In this document: piece after piece, positions 7,740-15,988 of the stretch
Position numbering within the stretch: the first letter of the stretch is position 1
Layout of the letters: each line of letters opens with the position of its first letter
Assembly: GCA_016201355.1 (NCBI GenBank)
Contig: JACQCY010000011.1
Coordinates: 1 to 44,183, forward strand
Length of the DNA: 44,183 nucleotides
Direction: 5' to 3'
DNA from: Candidatus Yonathbacteria bacterium
Lineage (GTDB): Bacteria; Patescibacteriota; Minisyncoccia; Phycocordibacterales; UBA1550
The notes under the pieces: generated by a model
The model's input: the letters and a program-made list of their open reading frames with translations, nothing else
Database searches by the model: none
Told to the model about the DNA's origin: nothing
Program-made: the position numbers and the translations under genes

Positions 7740-8834
7740 ATGTTTTTCGTGTGCTATGATGCCCTTATGTCATCTCTCGGAACGATTACCCTTATAAAAA
7801 TATTCATACCTGCCACGCTTTCTTTCGTCCTTGGAATTTTGATGACGCCTCTTTTGATGCGTTATTTTATAAAATATCGGATGTGGAAGAAAAATTCCCG
7901 TAAGAGCAGTGAAAAATCCGTGGCGTTTTTGCAGATCCACAATGAGGAGGGGGAGCTCTCCACTCCGCGCGTAGGGGGGATGGTGGTATGGCTTGCGGTA
8001 GTATTGGTGATTTTTTTATTCGCTATTCTGTCATTAGTTTTGCCAACACCACTCACCTCAAAGCTCAATTTTCTCAGTCGCAACCAAACATTCATACCGC
8101 TCTTTGCATTTATTTCGGCTGCCCTCTTGGGACTCTCTGACGATCTCCTCCAAATATTCGGCAAGGGTGGATATGCAAATGACCACACAATGTATCGCAA
8201 AATAAAAGCGGGGACGATTATTTTAATAGGGTTTCTTATCGGGCTTTGGTTTGTTTTTAAACTTGGCATTACTGCTGTTTTTGTCCCTTTTTATGGCTCT
8301 CTTGAGTTAGGGCTTCTTTTCATTCCGTTTTTCATTACGGTAATGCTTGCGACTTTTTCCACAAGCGTGATTGACGGCATTGATGGACTTTCTGCGGGGG
8401 TTCTTGCTCCAGTATTCATTGGCTATGCGGTGATCGCTTTTTTAAATAATCAGGTTGACCTCGCCGCTTTCTCTTCTGCTGTTGTGGGAGGGACGCTCGC
8501 ATTCCTTTGGTTTAATATTCCGCCCGCGCGATTTTATATGGGGGAAACGGGAATGCTTGCGCTCACGGTCGTTCTCTCTGTCCTCGCTTTTATGACCGAT
8601 ACGGTATTTATTCTCCCTGTCATCGCGCTCCCGCTCGTCGCTACATCTTTTTCGGTTATTGTTCAAATGCTCTCAAAGAGATTTCGGGGAGGTAAAAAAA
8701 TATTTCTCGTCGCGCCACTCCACCACCACTTTGAGGCTATTGGATGGCCTAAATACAAAGTAACGATGCGGTATTGGGTCATCGCGATGGTGTCGGTGGT
8801 GGTTGGGGTAACCCTTGCTCTGTTGAGCAAATAA
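7740..8834 (+). CDS. mraY: Phospho-N-acetylmuramoyl-pentapeptide transferase
   Basis: 364 aa, polytopic. Motifs DDLLQIFG, STSVIDGIDGLSAG, NIPPARFYMGETG and APLHHHFEAIGW. Confidence 0.92.
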   Translation: MFFVCYDALMSSLGTITLIKIFIPATLSFVLGILMTPLLMRYFIKYRMWKKNSRKSSEKSVAFLQIHNEEGELSTPRVGGMVVWLAVVLVIFLFAILSLVLPTPLTSKLNFLSRNQTFIPLFAFISAALLGLSDDLLQIFGKGGYANDHTMYRKIKAGTIILIGFLIGLWFVFKLGITAVFVPFYGSLELGLLFIPFFITVMLATFSTSVIDGIDGLSAGVLAPVFIGYAVIAFLNNQVDLAAFSSAVVGGTLAFLWFNIPPARFYMGETGMLALTVVLSVLAFMTDTVFILPVIALPLVATSFSVIVQMLSKRFRGGKKIFLVAPLHHHFEAIGWPKYKVTMRYWVIAMVSVVVGVTLALLSK

Positions 8835-8944
8835 AATTTTAAATTTCAAATTCTAAATTTTAAATCAATTTTAAATATCTCAATTTTTAAACATTTAGTA
8901 ATTTAGATTTCATTTAAAATTTAAAATTTGTAATTTAAAATTAA
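8835..8944. repeat. Family-A AT-rich quasi-palindromic intergenic element (copy 1)
   Basis: Starts right after the mraY stop. It contains the reverse complement of the 22-mer core at 8919-8940. Block 8889-8942 matches 43144-43197 at 53 of 54 positions. Confidence 0.8.
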
Positions 8945-8950
8945 TTGAAT

Positions 8951-9619
8951 ATGTGTGGAATAACCGGCTTTATTAATAAGGGGAACAAAGACGAAATCAT
9001 CCGCAGAATGACGGATGCTATTATTTATCGTGGTCCCGACGATGATGGGTATTTCGTGGGTGGAGAGATAGCTCTCGGAATGCGCCGTCTCTCTATCATT
9101 GATCTTGAGGGCGGGAAACAACCGATTACTTCGCAGGATGAAAATTTCGTTATTGTTTTTAATGGTGAGATTTACAATTACCGCGCGCTCCGCGAGGATT
9201 TGATTCTGCGCGGGTACAAGTTCAAGACTCATACCGATACCGAGGTCGTCCTCCATCTTTTTGAAGCGGAGGGAAGCGCGTGTTTGAGTAAACTTCGCGG
9301 TATGTTTGCATTTGCCATTTTTGACAAACAATCACAGAAACTTTTTATCGCTCGTGATTTTTTTGGCATTAAACCGCTTTATTATCTTTTGAGTAGTGAC
9401 GGCAATATGCGCGCTTTTGGGTCTGAAATAAAGAGCATTTTGGCTATTCAGGGTGTGCCTCGTATGGTCAATGACGAAGCGGTACTCAACTATCTTTCCT
9501 TTCAGTATAATCCGCTTAAAGAAACTTTCTTTAAAAATATTTTCAAACTTGCGCCGGGGAGTTTTCTTGATATTGATATTGCGAGCGGAAAATTTGTTGA
9601 GAAAAAATATGATGAATAA
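8951..9619 (+). CDS. asnB: Asparagine synthase (glutamine-hydrolysing), N-terminal glutaminase-domain piece of a split gene
   Basis: MCGITGFI (Cys2 nucleophile), RGPDDDG, LGMRRLSIIDL, IVFNGEIYNY and HTDTEVVLH. It ends ...GKFVEKKYDE* with TAA at 9617-9619. Confidence 0.8.
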   Translation: MCGITGFINKGNKDEIIRRMTDAIIYRGPDDDGYFVGGEIALGMRRLSIIDLEGGKQPITSQDENFVIVFNGEIYNYRALREDLILRGYKFKTHTDTEVVLHLFEAEGSACLSKLRGMFAFAIFDKQSQKLFIARDFFGIKPLYYLLSSDGNMRAFGSEIKSILAIQGVPRMVNDEAVLNYLSFQYNPLKETFFKNIFKLAPGSFLDIDIASGKFVEKKYDE

Positions 9620-9675
9620 AACTTTCAACTTTTACTATCGGTTTTGACGAGGTTTCCGAGGCGCGCGAGGCGGAA

Positions 9676-10629
9676 GTGACCGCGCGACACATTGGTACCG
9701 ACCATAAAGCCATCAACATATCGCGTGATGAATATTTTAGAGAAATCCCTAACATTGTGTGGCACTTTGACGAGCCGGTCGCCGACCCTTCTGCCGCGGC
9801 GCTTTATTTTGTCGCTCGCGAAGCGCGGAAAAAAGTAAAGGTGGTAATGTCGGGTGAAGGGGCGGATGAACTCTTTGGCGGATATAATATTTACCTTGAA
9901 TCCTATGCGCGTCGCAGACTTGCTCTCGTACCAAAGATTATTCGAGAAAATATTTTGCGCCCGCTCGCAGAGTCAAAGTATTCATTTCGTGGGAAAAATT
10001 TTCTCGTTCGTTTTTTTAGTTATTTGGAAGATTGGTATATTGGCAATGCGAATATTTTTACTCCGCGCGAAGTTGAGAATATGTGGAAAGGGGATACATA
10101 TGAGCGGATGAGTCTTGCTCCTCTTTATAAAAAAGTATCCGACCGCGATGACTCCGAAAAGATGCAGTACATTGACATCAATACTTGGCTTCCGGGGGAT
10201 ATTTTGGCAAAAGCAGACAAGATGACGATGGCTCATTCTCTTGAGCTTCGCGTGCCGTTTTTGGATCGCAATGTTTCTGATTTTGCGCGCCGTCTTCCTC
10301 CGAAATTAAAATGGAAAAATTACACCACTAAATATCTTTTGCGCTCTGTTGCGGATACTTTGCTTACTCCCGCAATCGCGCGGAGAAAAAAACTCGGCTT
10401 TCCTACCCCCGTAGGAAAGTGGTTTGACGCATCGCAAAAAGAGCTCTACCGTTCTATTGTTGAGAATACCTATATTCGGGAGCATTTCAATATGTCTGTC
10501 GTTCAAAAACTCATTGATGATCATATCTCTGGTCGCAAAAACAATGCACGCAAAATCTACCTCTTTCTCCTTTTTGCTCTCTGGTATGATATTTTCATCG
10601 GAGAGACAATGAAGGTGGGAAAAGAATAG
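9676..10629 (+). CDS. asnB: Asparagine synthase, C-terminal synthetase-domain piece (frame open from 9616); PP-loop absent
   Basis: ..STFTIGFDEVSEAREAEVTARHIGTDHKAI, MSGEGADELFGGY and DKMTMAHSLELRVPFLD. There is no SGGxDS ATP-pyrophosphatase loop in either piece. The only start codon is GTG 9676. Confidence 0.8.
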   Translation: MTARHIGTDHKAINISRDEYFREIPNIVWHFDEPVADPSAAALYFVAREARKKVKVVMSGEGADELFGGYNIYLESYARRRLALVPKIIRENILRPLAESKYSFRGKNFLVRFFSYLEDWYIGNANIFTPREVENMWKGDTYERMSLAPLYKKVSDRDDSEKMQYIDINTWLPGDILAKADKMTMAHSLELRVPFLDRNVSDFARRLPPKLKWKNYTTKYLLRSVADTLLTPAIARRKKLGFPTPVGKWFDASQKELYRSIVENTYIREHFNMSVVQKLIDDHISGRKNNARKIYLFLLFALWYDIFIGETMKVGKE

Positions 10630-10636
10630 TTTTTTC

Positions 10637-10665
10637 TTTCATTCTGCTTGATTATTTGCTATAAT
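10637..10665 (+). promoter_or_regulatory. Putative promoter of gyrB (TTTCAT-17 nt-TATAAT)
   Basis: Consensus -10 TATAAT at 10660-10665 and a weak -35 TTTCAT at 10637-10642 with 17-nt spacing. Confidence 0.4.
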
Positions 10666-10721
10666 GGTAGCATATAGATAGATGCCCCGTAATGGGGTGT
10701 TGTTTTACTCTATCACTAAAA

Positions 10722-12782
10722 ATGGCTAAAAAAGATGAAAAAATAGAGGGGTACGGAGCGGAAGACATTGTCGTTCTTGAGGGACTTGAGCCGGTGCGCA
10801 AACGACCGGGAATGTATATCGGGTCTACGGGGCTTGAAGGCCTACATCACCTTATCTGGGAGATTTTTGATAATTCGCGCGATGAGGCGATGGGCGGTTT
10901 TGCTAATCGCATTGAAGTGGCGCTTCTCCCTGGAAATCGCGTGCGCGTGGTGGACAATGGTCGCGGTATCCCCGTTGATGTGCATTCAAAAACAAAAGTT
11001 TCCGCGCTCGAGACCATTATGACAACCCTCCACGCGGGGGGAAAATTTGAAGGCAAAGGATACAAAGTATCCGGCGGTCTTCATGGGGTGGGGGCGTCAG
11101 TCGTCAACGCTCTCTCGGTGTATACGCAGGTTGTTGTGCATCGCGATGGAGGTATCTATATGCAGGAGTATGAACGAGGCAAGAAGAAAGCTCCTGTCAA
11201 AAAAGTCGGCGCGACCAAATGGAATGGCACGATTGTCACCTTTGAACCCGATGAACAAATCTTTAAAGAGATCGTATGGAATTGGAATCAGATCGTCAAC
11301 CATCTCCGCCAGCAAGCGTACCTCATCAAGGCGCTCCACATCAATATTATCGATGCGCGTACTTATGAGGGAAAGCTAAAGACAGATGAAGAGATTTATC
11401 TCAAAGACTTAGGACTTGAGGTTCCCTCACAATCATTTTATTTTGATGGAGGGCTGGTTTCTCTCGTGCGCTTTTATAATCAACACCAGAAACCAGTACA
11501 TAAAAATATTTGTTATGTTGAAAAAGAAGTTGACGGAGTCGCGGTAGAAGTCGCTATTCAGTATATTGACGATATATCTTCTCGTGAGCTTGCTTTTGCG
11601 AACAATACCTACAATGTTGACGGTGGTACTCACATAACCGGTTTTCGTACGGCTCTCACCCGCAAGCTCAATGATTATGCGCGCAAAAATAATTTTATTA
11701 AAGAAAAAGAAGAGAACTTCACTGCTGATGATGTGCGCGAAGGCTTGACTTCGGTGGTGTCGGTAAAGCTCCACGAGATTCAGTTTGAAGGACAGACCAA
11801 GGGCAAACTGGGGAGTGTGGAGGCTCGCGGCGCGGTGGAAAAAGTGTTTGGGGAAGCATTCGGGCAGTTTCTTGAGGAAAATCCGGATGATGCAAGGTCT
11901 ATCATCAACAAAGTCCTCCTCGCGCTCCGCGCGCGCAAGGCGGCAAAAGCGGCAAAAGAAAGCGTCCTTCGCAAAGGGGCGCTCGAGGGGCTCACGCTTC
12001 CCGGCAAACTTGCGGATTGTCAGACCTCAAAGGCCGAAGAGTCGGAAATCTTTATTGTGGAGGGAGATTCAGCAGGCGGTTCGTCAAAACAAGGTCGCGA
12101 CAGGCGCACACAAGCAATTCTCCCTCTCAAAGGAAAGATATTGAATGTGGAACGCGCGCGCTTGGACCGGATGCTCGCTTCGGTGGAGATTCGTTCTCTG
12201 GTGGTGGCAATGGGTACGGGAATCGGTGACATTTTTGATATTTCCAAGCTTCGTTATCACAAGATCATTATCGCCACCGATGCCGATGTGGATGGCGCGC
12301 ATATTCGCACACTCCTTCTCACGCTCTTTTACCGTTATTTCAAACAAGTGATTGAAGGTGGGTTTATTTATATTGCGCAACCACCTCTTTATAAAATTAA
12401 AAAAGGTAAAGAAATTACCTATGTATACAGCGAAGAAGAAAAAATCGCATTTCTCGGCAAAGATGTGAGTTTGCTTGAAATTGTTGAAGAACAAGAAGAG
12501 GGCGCGGTAGGAACCGAAGCTGAAATCACGGAGGCGGATGAAGAAAAATCTAAAAAACGCGAGCCGAAAATATCTCTCCAACGATATAAAGGCCTCGGAG
12601 AGATGAATCCTGACGAGCTTTGGGAGACCACCATGAACCCCGTAAGTCGCGTATTGAAGCAAGTAACCATAGAGGATGCCGTTGAAGCTGACCGAGTATT
12701 TGATATACTTATGGGGGAGGATGTCCTCGCACGAAAATCATTTATTCAATCCAATGCCGCGACGGCAAATGTGGATATATAA
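10722..12782 (+). CDS. gyrB: DNA gyrase subunit B
   Basis: LEGLEPVRKRPGMYIG, HHLIWEIFDNSRDEA, VVDNGRGIPVD, GGLHGVGASVVNALS, Toprim EIFIVEGDSAGGS and ATDADVDGAHI, tail YKGLGEMNPDELWETTMNP. The conserved N-terminus begins at ATG 10722; the ORF-track start 10692 adds MGCCFTLSLK. Confidence 0.93.
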   Translation: MAKKDEKIEGYGAEDIVVLEGLEPVRKRPGMYIGSTGLEGLHHLIWEIFDNSRDEAMGGFANRIEVALLPGNRVRVVDNGRGIPVDVHSKTKVSALETIMTTLHAGGKFEGKGYKVSGGLHGVGASVVNALSVYTQVVVHRDGGIYMQEYERGKKKAPVKKVGATKWNGTIVTFEPDEQIFKEIVWNWNQIVNHLRQQAYLIKALHINIIDARTYEGKLKTDEEIYLKDLGLEVPSQSFYFDGGLVSLVRFYNQHQKPVHKNICYVEKEVDGVAVEVAIQYIDDISSRELAFANNTYNVDGGTHITGFRTALTRKLNDYARKNNFIKEKEENFTADDVREGLTSVVSVKLHEIQFEGQTKGKLGSVEARGAVEKVFGEAFGQFLEENPDDARSIINKVLLALRARKAAKAAKESVLRKGALEGLTLPGKLADCQTSKAEESEIFIVEGDSAGGSSKQGRDRRTQAILPLKGKILNVERARLDRMLASVEIRSLVVAMGTGIGDIFDISKLRYHKIIIATDADVDGAHIRTLLLTLFYRYFKQVIEGGFIYIAQPPLYKIKKGKEITYVYSEEEKIAFLGKDVSLLEIVEEQEEGAVGTEAEITEADEEKSKKREPKISLQRYKGLGEMNPDELWETTMNPVSRVLKQVTIEDAVEADRVFDILMGEDVLARKSFIQSNAATANVDI

Positions 12783-12814
12783 ATAGTTACTAGCCAATAG
12801 TTAATAGTAAAAAA

Positions 12815-13312
12815 ATGAATAAAAAATATATAATTACCGCTGTCGTTATCGCTCTTGTGTTTGTATATGGGGTATTCTTGCGAGGAGATAAATCTCTTAA
12901 TGGTATTCCGATGAATGAGACACCTCAAGAACAGGAACAGGCAACAACGAGCGCCACTACTCTCCCTGTGGCTCATTCGGTTACAAAAACCACAACCACG
13001 ACATCTGCGCCAAAAGCGTCCAGTGTTACTATTTTGAAAGATGGTTCATACCTTGTTTCATACACCGATCGCGGATTTGTTCCCGCGACACTTGAAATAA
13101 AAACGGGTAAGTCAGTGCATTTCGTCAATAATTCAAACAAGGCGATGAGCTTGACCACAACCGAACCAAATAGTCAAATCTATGGAGAATTCAATCAAGG
13201 GAAAACGGTTGGCAAGGGAGGATCGTATGATTTCACCTTCTTGCAATCGGGAGTGTGGAGTTATGTAAATCGTAATAATCAAGTGGACAAGGGGGTGGTT
13301 ATCGTGAAATAG
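12815..13312 (+). CDS. Membrane-anchored cupredoxin-like domain protein (no obvious copper ligands)
   Basis: N-terminal TM KKYIITAVVIALVFVYGVF, a Thr/Ser-rich linker, and a ~95-aa beta domain (GFVPATLEIKTGKSVHFVNNS...GVWSYVNRNNQVDKGVVIV). It is a paralogue of 15126..15590. Confidence 0.55.
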   Translation: MNKKYIITAVVIALVFVYGVFLRGDKSLNGIPMNETPQEQEQATTSATTLPVAHSVTKTTTTTSAPKASSVTILKDGSYLVSYTDRGFVPATLEIKTGKSVHFVNNSNKAMSLTTTEPNSQIYGEFNQGKTVGKGGSYDFTFLQSGVWSYVNRNNQVDKGVVIVK

Positions 13313-13369
13313 AATAAATGTGATATACTTGGGGGGTACCATTAGCAGATAAGATAATTGACTATTTTT

Positions 13370-13543
13370 ATGACGGAAGATAAAAAGAAAAAAGTTTGTA
13401 AGAAAGGCATGTGTGAAGACTGCAAAGGTGATGAGTGTAAAAATAAATGCGAGAACGGACATATATGTTCAGATGGAAAGTGTGGAAGTAGTCACGAATG
13501 CCAAGGTGATGAATGTAGTGAATGTGATACCACCTCTAATTAA
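13370..13543 (+). CDS. Small cysteine-rich (metallothionein-like) protein
   Basis: 57 aa from ATG 13370 (the ORF track uses TTG 13358). It has 10 Cys and 2 His, with an internal repeat CKGDECKNKC / CQGDECSEC. It is acidic and Lys-rich with no hydrophobic segment, and a strong terminator follows. Confidence 0.55.
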   Translation: MTEDKKKKVCKKGMCEDCKGDECKNKCENGHICSDGKCGSSHECQGDECSECDTTSN

Positions 13544-13579
13544 TTTTCCCCGCTAATCTTAAAAGCAGTGGCAAATTAA

Positions 13580-13614
13580 AGCCCCGACACTCTCGTAGAT
13601 GGTCGGGGCTTTTT
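13580..13614. terminator. Bidirectional intrinsic terminator between convergent genes
   Basis: AGCCCCGAC (13580-13588) pairs with GTCGGGGCT (13602-13610) and is followed by TTTT. The minus strand has the same stem followed by TTTAATTT. Confidence 0.7.
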
Positions 13615-13624
13615 AGTCGTTGAA

Positions 13625-14297
13625 TTATATGGCTCGTTTCTGCCAAGGGATGCCCTTGGCGGCGAGGAGAATGGAGGCGAGGCAGTCGCCGTACCCTACC
13701 ATTTCTTGGTAGGCGCTTCGCTGGCTTGGCGTTAAGAAAAGTTCACCAAGGAGCGCCATCCCCGCTACTCTCGAGATTATTCCGCTGTGCCATGCGTCTG
13801 ACCTTGCGTGCTCAATAAGAGCTTGCAAAATTGAAACCGATGAGTGCTTATATGCGGATAAAAGCATACGAAGCCGGAGCAGATCGACCCCAAGGCCAAA
13901 CAACCCAATCCCCATAGTTACAGGAAGCCAGACGGTATTTCCTGATCCCAATCGCTCATATGCTTCCTCTGAGATGAAAAGTGATCCGACAAAGAGGAAG
14001 ATAGCGATAATTTTGTTCCTTGTCGCGCGGATTTTCTCCTCTTGGTGAGGGTTCGCTCCGGCTTTATGAGACAAATACCCCTACAAAGTCTGCTCCCGCA
14101 TCCGCAAGAGCGTGAAGCGAATCTGACAGGACTGCCATACTGAAACGGAGTCCTATCAATGTTTGCGCAATACCCGCGATGAGAGCGAGCGCGCCCGTTA
14201 TCGTTTAGAGGTGCTTTTCACAAATACACCGCATCTTTGGGGCAGGGTAATCCGAGGAGTATCCCTTGAGAATTAAATGAGAAATCTTTTTCCTCAC
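13625..14297 (-). pseudogene. Decayed cation-diffusion-facilitator (CzcD/ZitB-like) transporter gene
   Basis: Minus strand: SD AAAGGAGG, GTG 14297, 30 codons, then an in-frame TAA (14207-14205). Next comes TITGALALIAGIAQTLIGLRFSMAVLSDSLHALADAGADFVGVFVS and TAA (14066-14064). Translation continues in another frame (TTG 14074) to 13625 with EEAYERL and ALIEHARSDAWHSG. HALAD and HARSD are the TM2/TM5 HxxxD metal-site motifs of CDF proteins. The ORF ends after TM6 with no cytoplasmic domain. Confidence 0.55.
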
Positions 14298-14361
14298 AAT
14301 GGCCTCCTTTATTTTTTAATTTATTTTGCAACTTTTTAAATTATGGCAAAAAAATACTCGA

Positions 14362-14390
14362 TTGTCAATTTGTAAAAAATTTGTTACTAT
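14362..14390 (+). promoter_or_regulatory. Putative promoter (TTGTCA-17 nt-TACTAT) abutting the start codon
   Basis: TTGTCA 14362-14367, a 17-nt spacer, then TACTAT 14385-14390. Only 6 nt separate it from ATG 14397. Confidence 0.4.
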
Positions 14391-14396
14391 GCACAA

Positions 14397-14960
14397 ATGT
14401 TGTACACGGGAAAAGGGGACAAGGGGACAACGCAAACTTTTGGATGTTGTGACCAGAGAATTTCAAAGAGTTCGGCAGTCACTGAAGCGCTTGGTTCCCT
14501 TGATGAAGTCAATTCATTTCTTGGTGTCGTAAAAATGCATCCTCGTTCGCGAGAGATTACGGTGTCTTCTGCTCGTGGGGTGCAGATGGTTGCAAAAACA
14601 ATAGAGAAGATACAACAACATCTTTTTATTGCGCAGGCGGAGGTGGCGGGAGCGGATAAACATATTGAGGAAAAGAATGTGCGCGAAATAGAGGACATCA
14701 TCAATACGATTGAAGCAGGGCTTCCTCCCATTACCACATTTTTTGTTTCGGGAGGTACGGAACTTTCGGCGCTTATTGATTTTGCGCGCACGCTCGCGCG
14801 GCGCGCCGAGAGACGAGTTGTGGGGGTAGCGGATGAGGGAAGTATCATTATCCACAAGGATACCCTTGTATATTTAAACCGTCTCTCGTCGCTCCTCTAC
14901 GCGCTCGCTCGACAAGTAAACCTCAGTTCTGGTATAACAGAGGAGTCGCCGAATTATTAG
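14397..14960 (+). CDS. ATP:cob(I)alamin adenosyltransferase, PduO/MMAB type
   Basis: 187 aa with the N-terminal YTGKGDKGTT motif, SKSSAVTEALGSLDEVNSFLG, and C-terminal LNRLSSLLYALAR. Confidence 0.85.
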   Translation: MLYTGKGDKGTTQTFGCCDQRISKSSAVTEALGSLDEVNSFLGVVKMHPRSREITVSSARGVQMVAKTIEKIQQHLFIAQAEVAGADKHIEEKNVREIEDIINTIEAGLPPITTFFVSGGTELSALIDFARTLARRAERRVVGVADEGSIIIHKDTLVYLNRLSSLLYALARQVNLSSGITEESPNY

Positions 14961-14963
14961 CCA

Positions 14964-15010
14964 CTAGCCACTAGAAAATTAGTGGATAGAAACTAATAAC
15001 TAGTGGCTAG
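14964..15010. repeat. Word-built hairpin after the adenosyltransferase gene
   Basis: CTAGCCACTAG (14964-14974) is a perfect complement of CTAGTGGCTAG (15000-15010). The words CCACTAG and TAGTGG are repeated inside. Confidence 0.6.
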
Positions 15011-15125
15011 TAGACATGGTGGCCATGGTGTAATGGTCCACCCCAACATTGTGTAGAAACCCTTGAGCGTATTTTGCGTACATATGGTAAACTTTAGAGA
15101 AATTAGTAGTAATTATTTTAATCAT

Positions 15126-15590
15126 ATGAAAAAAATAATCATTTTGTTTGGGGTTCTCCTCGTCATCGTTGCCCTAGGGTGGTATATATTTACGCGAACA
15201 GCATCAGCCCCAACGGTTTCTCCGCTCACCAGTACTCCTCTGTCACAAGCGGTGGACACATCTGGTCCATCGACAGCACTTTTGTTGGCTACCGTAAACT
15301 ATACCGTGAAAGGATTTTCTCCTGCCATCATAACTATCAGACAGGGAGGCACCGTAACATTTACGAGTGTTGACGGCAGTCCGATGTGGGTTGCTTCCGC
15401 AGTACATCCAACACACTTGATATATGATGGGACGAGTCGCACAGAACACTGTCCAAATCCTACCGACACAGCATTTGACCAATGTGGTAGTGGTGTTTCG
15501 TATACATTCAAATTTTTGAAACTCGGCGAGTGGAAATATCACAATCATATGAATGCGGGGGATTGGGGTTCTGTTACGGTCGTTCAATAA
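15126..15590 (+). CDS. Membrane-anchored cupredoxin-like protein with altered ligand positions
   Basis: From ATG 15126: TM anchor KKIIILFGVLLVIVALGWYIF, then an S/T/P linker. The C-terminal KYHNHMNAGDWGSVTV aligns with the plastocyanin loop Y-C-x-P-H-x-x-A-G-M-x-G-x-V-x-V, but with His for Cys and Asp for Met. Confidence 0.6.
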   Translation: MKKIIILFGVLLVIVALGWYIFTRTASAPTVSPLTSTPLSQAVDTSGPSTALLLATVNYTVKGFSPAIITIRQGGTVTFTSVDGSPMWVASAVHPTHLIYDGTSRTEHCPNPTDTAFDQCGSGVSYTFKFLKLGEWKYHNHMNAGDWGSVTVVQ

Positions 15591-15591
15591 T

Positions 15592-15948
15592 ATGAATACT
15601 AAAAACACCTCAGATATTCTCTTGCGCATTGGTGTTGCATTTGCTTTTTTGTACCCACCGATTAACGCTATCTTTAACCCGGATTCGTGGATTGGGTATT
15701 TCCCAAAATTTGTGCACGGTATTGTTCCCGACTTGGTACTTTTGCATGGACTCGGAGTCGTCGAGGTCATTATTGCGCTCTGGATACTCTCTGGCAAAAA
15801 GATATTCTTTCCGTCTCTTATTGCGGGAATTACGATCATTTCTATTGTTTTATTTAATCTTAATAATTTCGAAGTTCTCTTCCGCGATCTGTCCATTGCG
15901 ATGGTGGCGTTTGCCTTGGCGCTTAATGCAAGTGACACTGGCATATAA
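15592..15948 (+). CDS. Small integral membrane protein (4 TM; possibly DoxX-like)
   Basis: ATG 15592 lies 1 nt after the preceding stop. The 118-aa protein has four hydrophobic segments. The family call is tentative. Confidence 0.5.
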   Translation: MNTKNTSDILLRIGVAFAFLYPPINAIFNPDSWIGYFPKFVHGIVPDLVLLHGLGVVEVIIALWILSGKKIFFPSLIAGITIISIVLFNLNNFEVLFRDLSIAMVAFALALNASDTGI

Positions 15949-15988
15949 TCCTTTTCTTGGTCGCTTTATTTGTGTATACTTATAGGTA

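Noticed and set aside
8835-8944. AT-rich repeats as a possible CRISPR array (also 24756-25433, 41398-41520, 43085-43200)
   Set aside because: There are no regularly spaced identical direct repeats with unique spacers. Each locus is a single inverted-repeat unit, and no cas genes are in the window.
9453-9647. 64-aa ORF bridging the two asnB pieces
   Set aside because: It is in a third frame overlapping the glutaminase piece. Its translation has no AsnB similarity and does not supply the missing PP-loop.
10692-10721. Upstream gyrB start (MGCCFTLSLK extension), and likewise 28542 for tmk, 15063 for the cupredoxin-like gene and 35289 for the large membrane protein
   Set aside because: The extensions are unconserved or odd in composition. 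The conserved N-termini begin at internal ATGs (10722, 28635, 15126, 35352).
12470-12580. Acidic insertion in GyrB (EEQEEGAVGTEAEITEADEEKSKK)
   Set aside because: It lies in the naturally variable linker before the YKGLGEM tail, and its length is within the range I recall for GyrB proteins. There are no intein or domain signatures.
12084-12662. 192-aa minus-strand ORF, plus similar ones at 5834-6376, 3041-3496, 37550-38047 and 39208-39684
   Set aside because: All are antisense or out of frame within strongly conserved housekeeping genes (gyrB, pheT, tsf, glyQS, M16 peptidase). No motifs were found.
15243-15944. 233-aa ORF on the minus strand
   Set aside because: It lies entirely antisense to two well-supported + strand genes (the cupredoxin-like protein and the small membrane protein). 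It has no recognisable motifs, so it is a typical shadow ORF.
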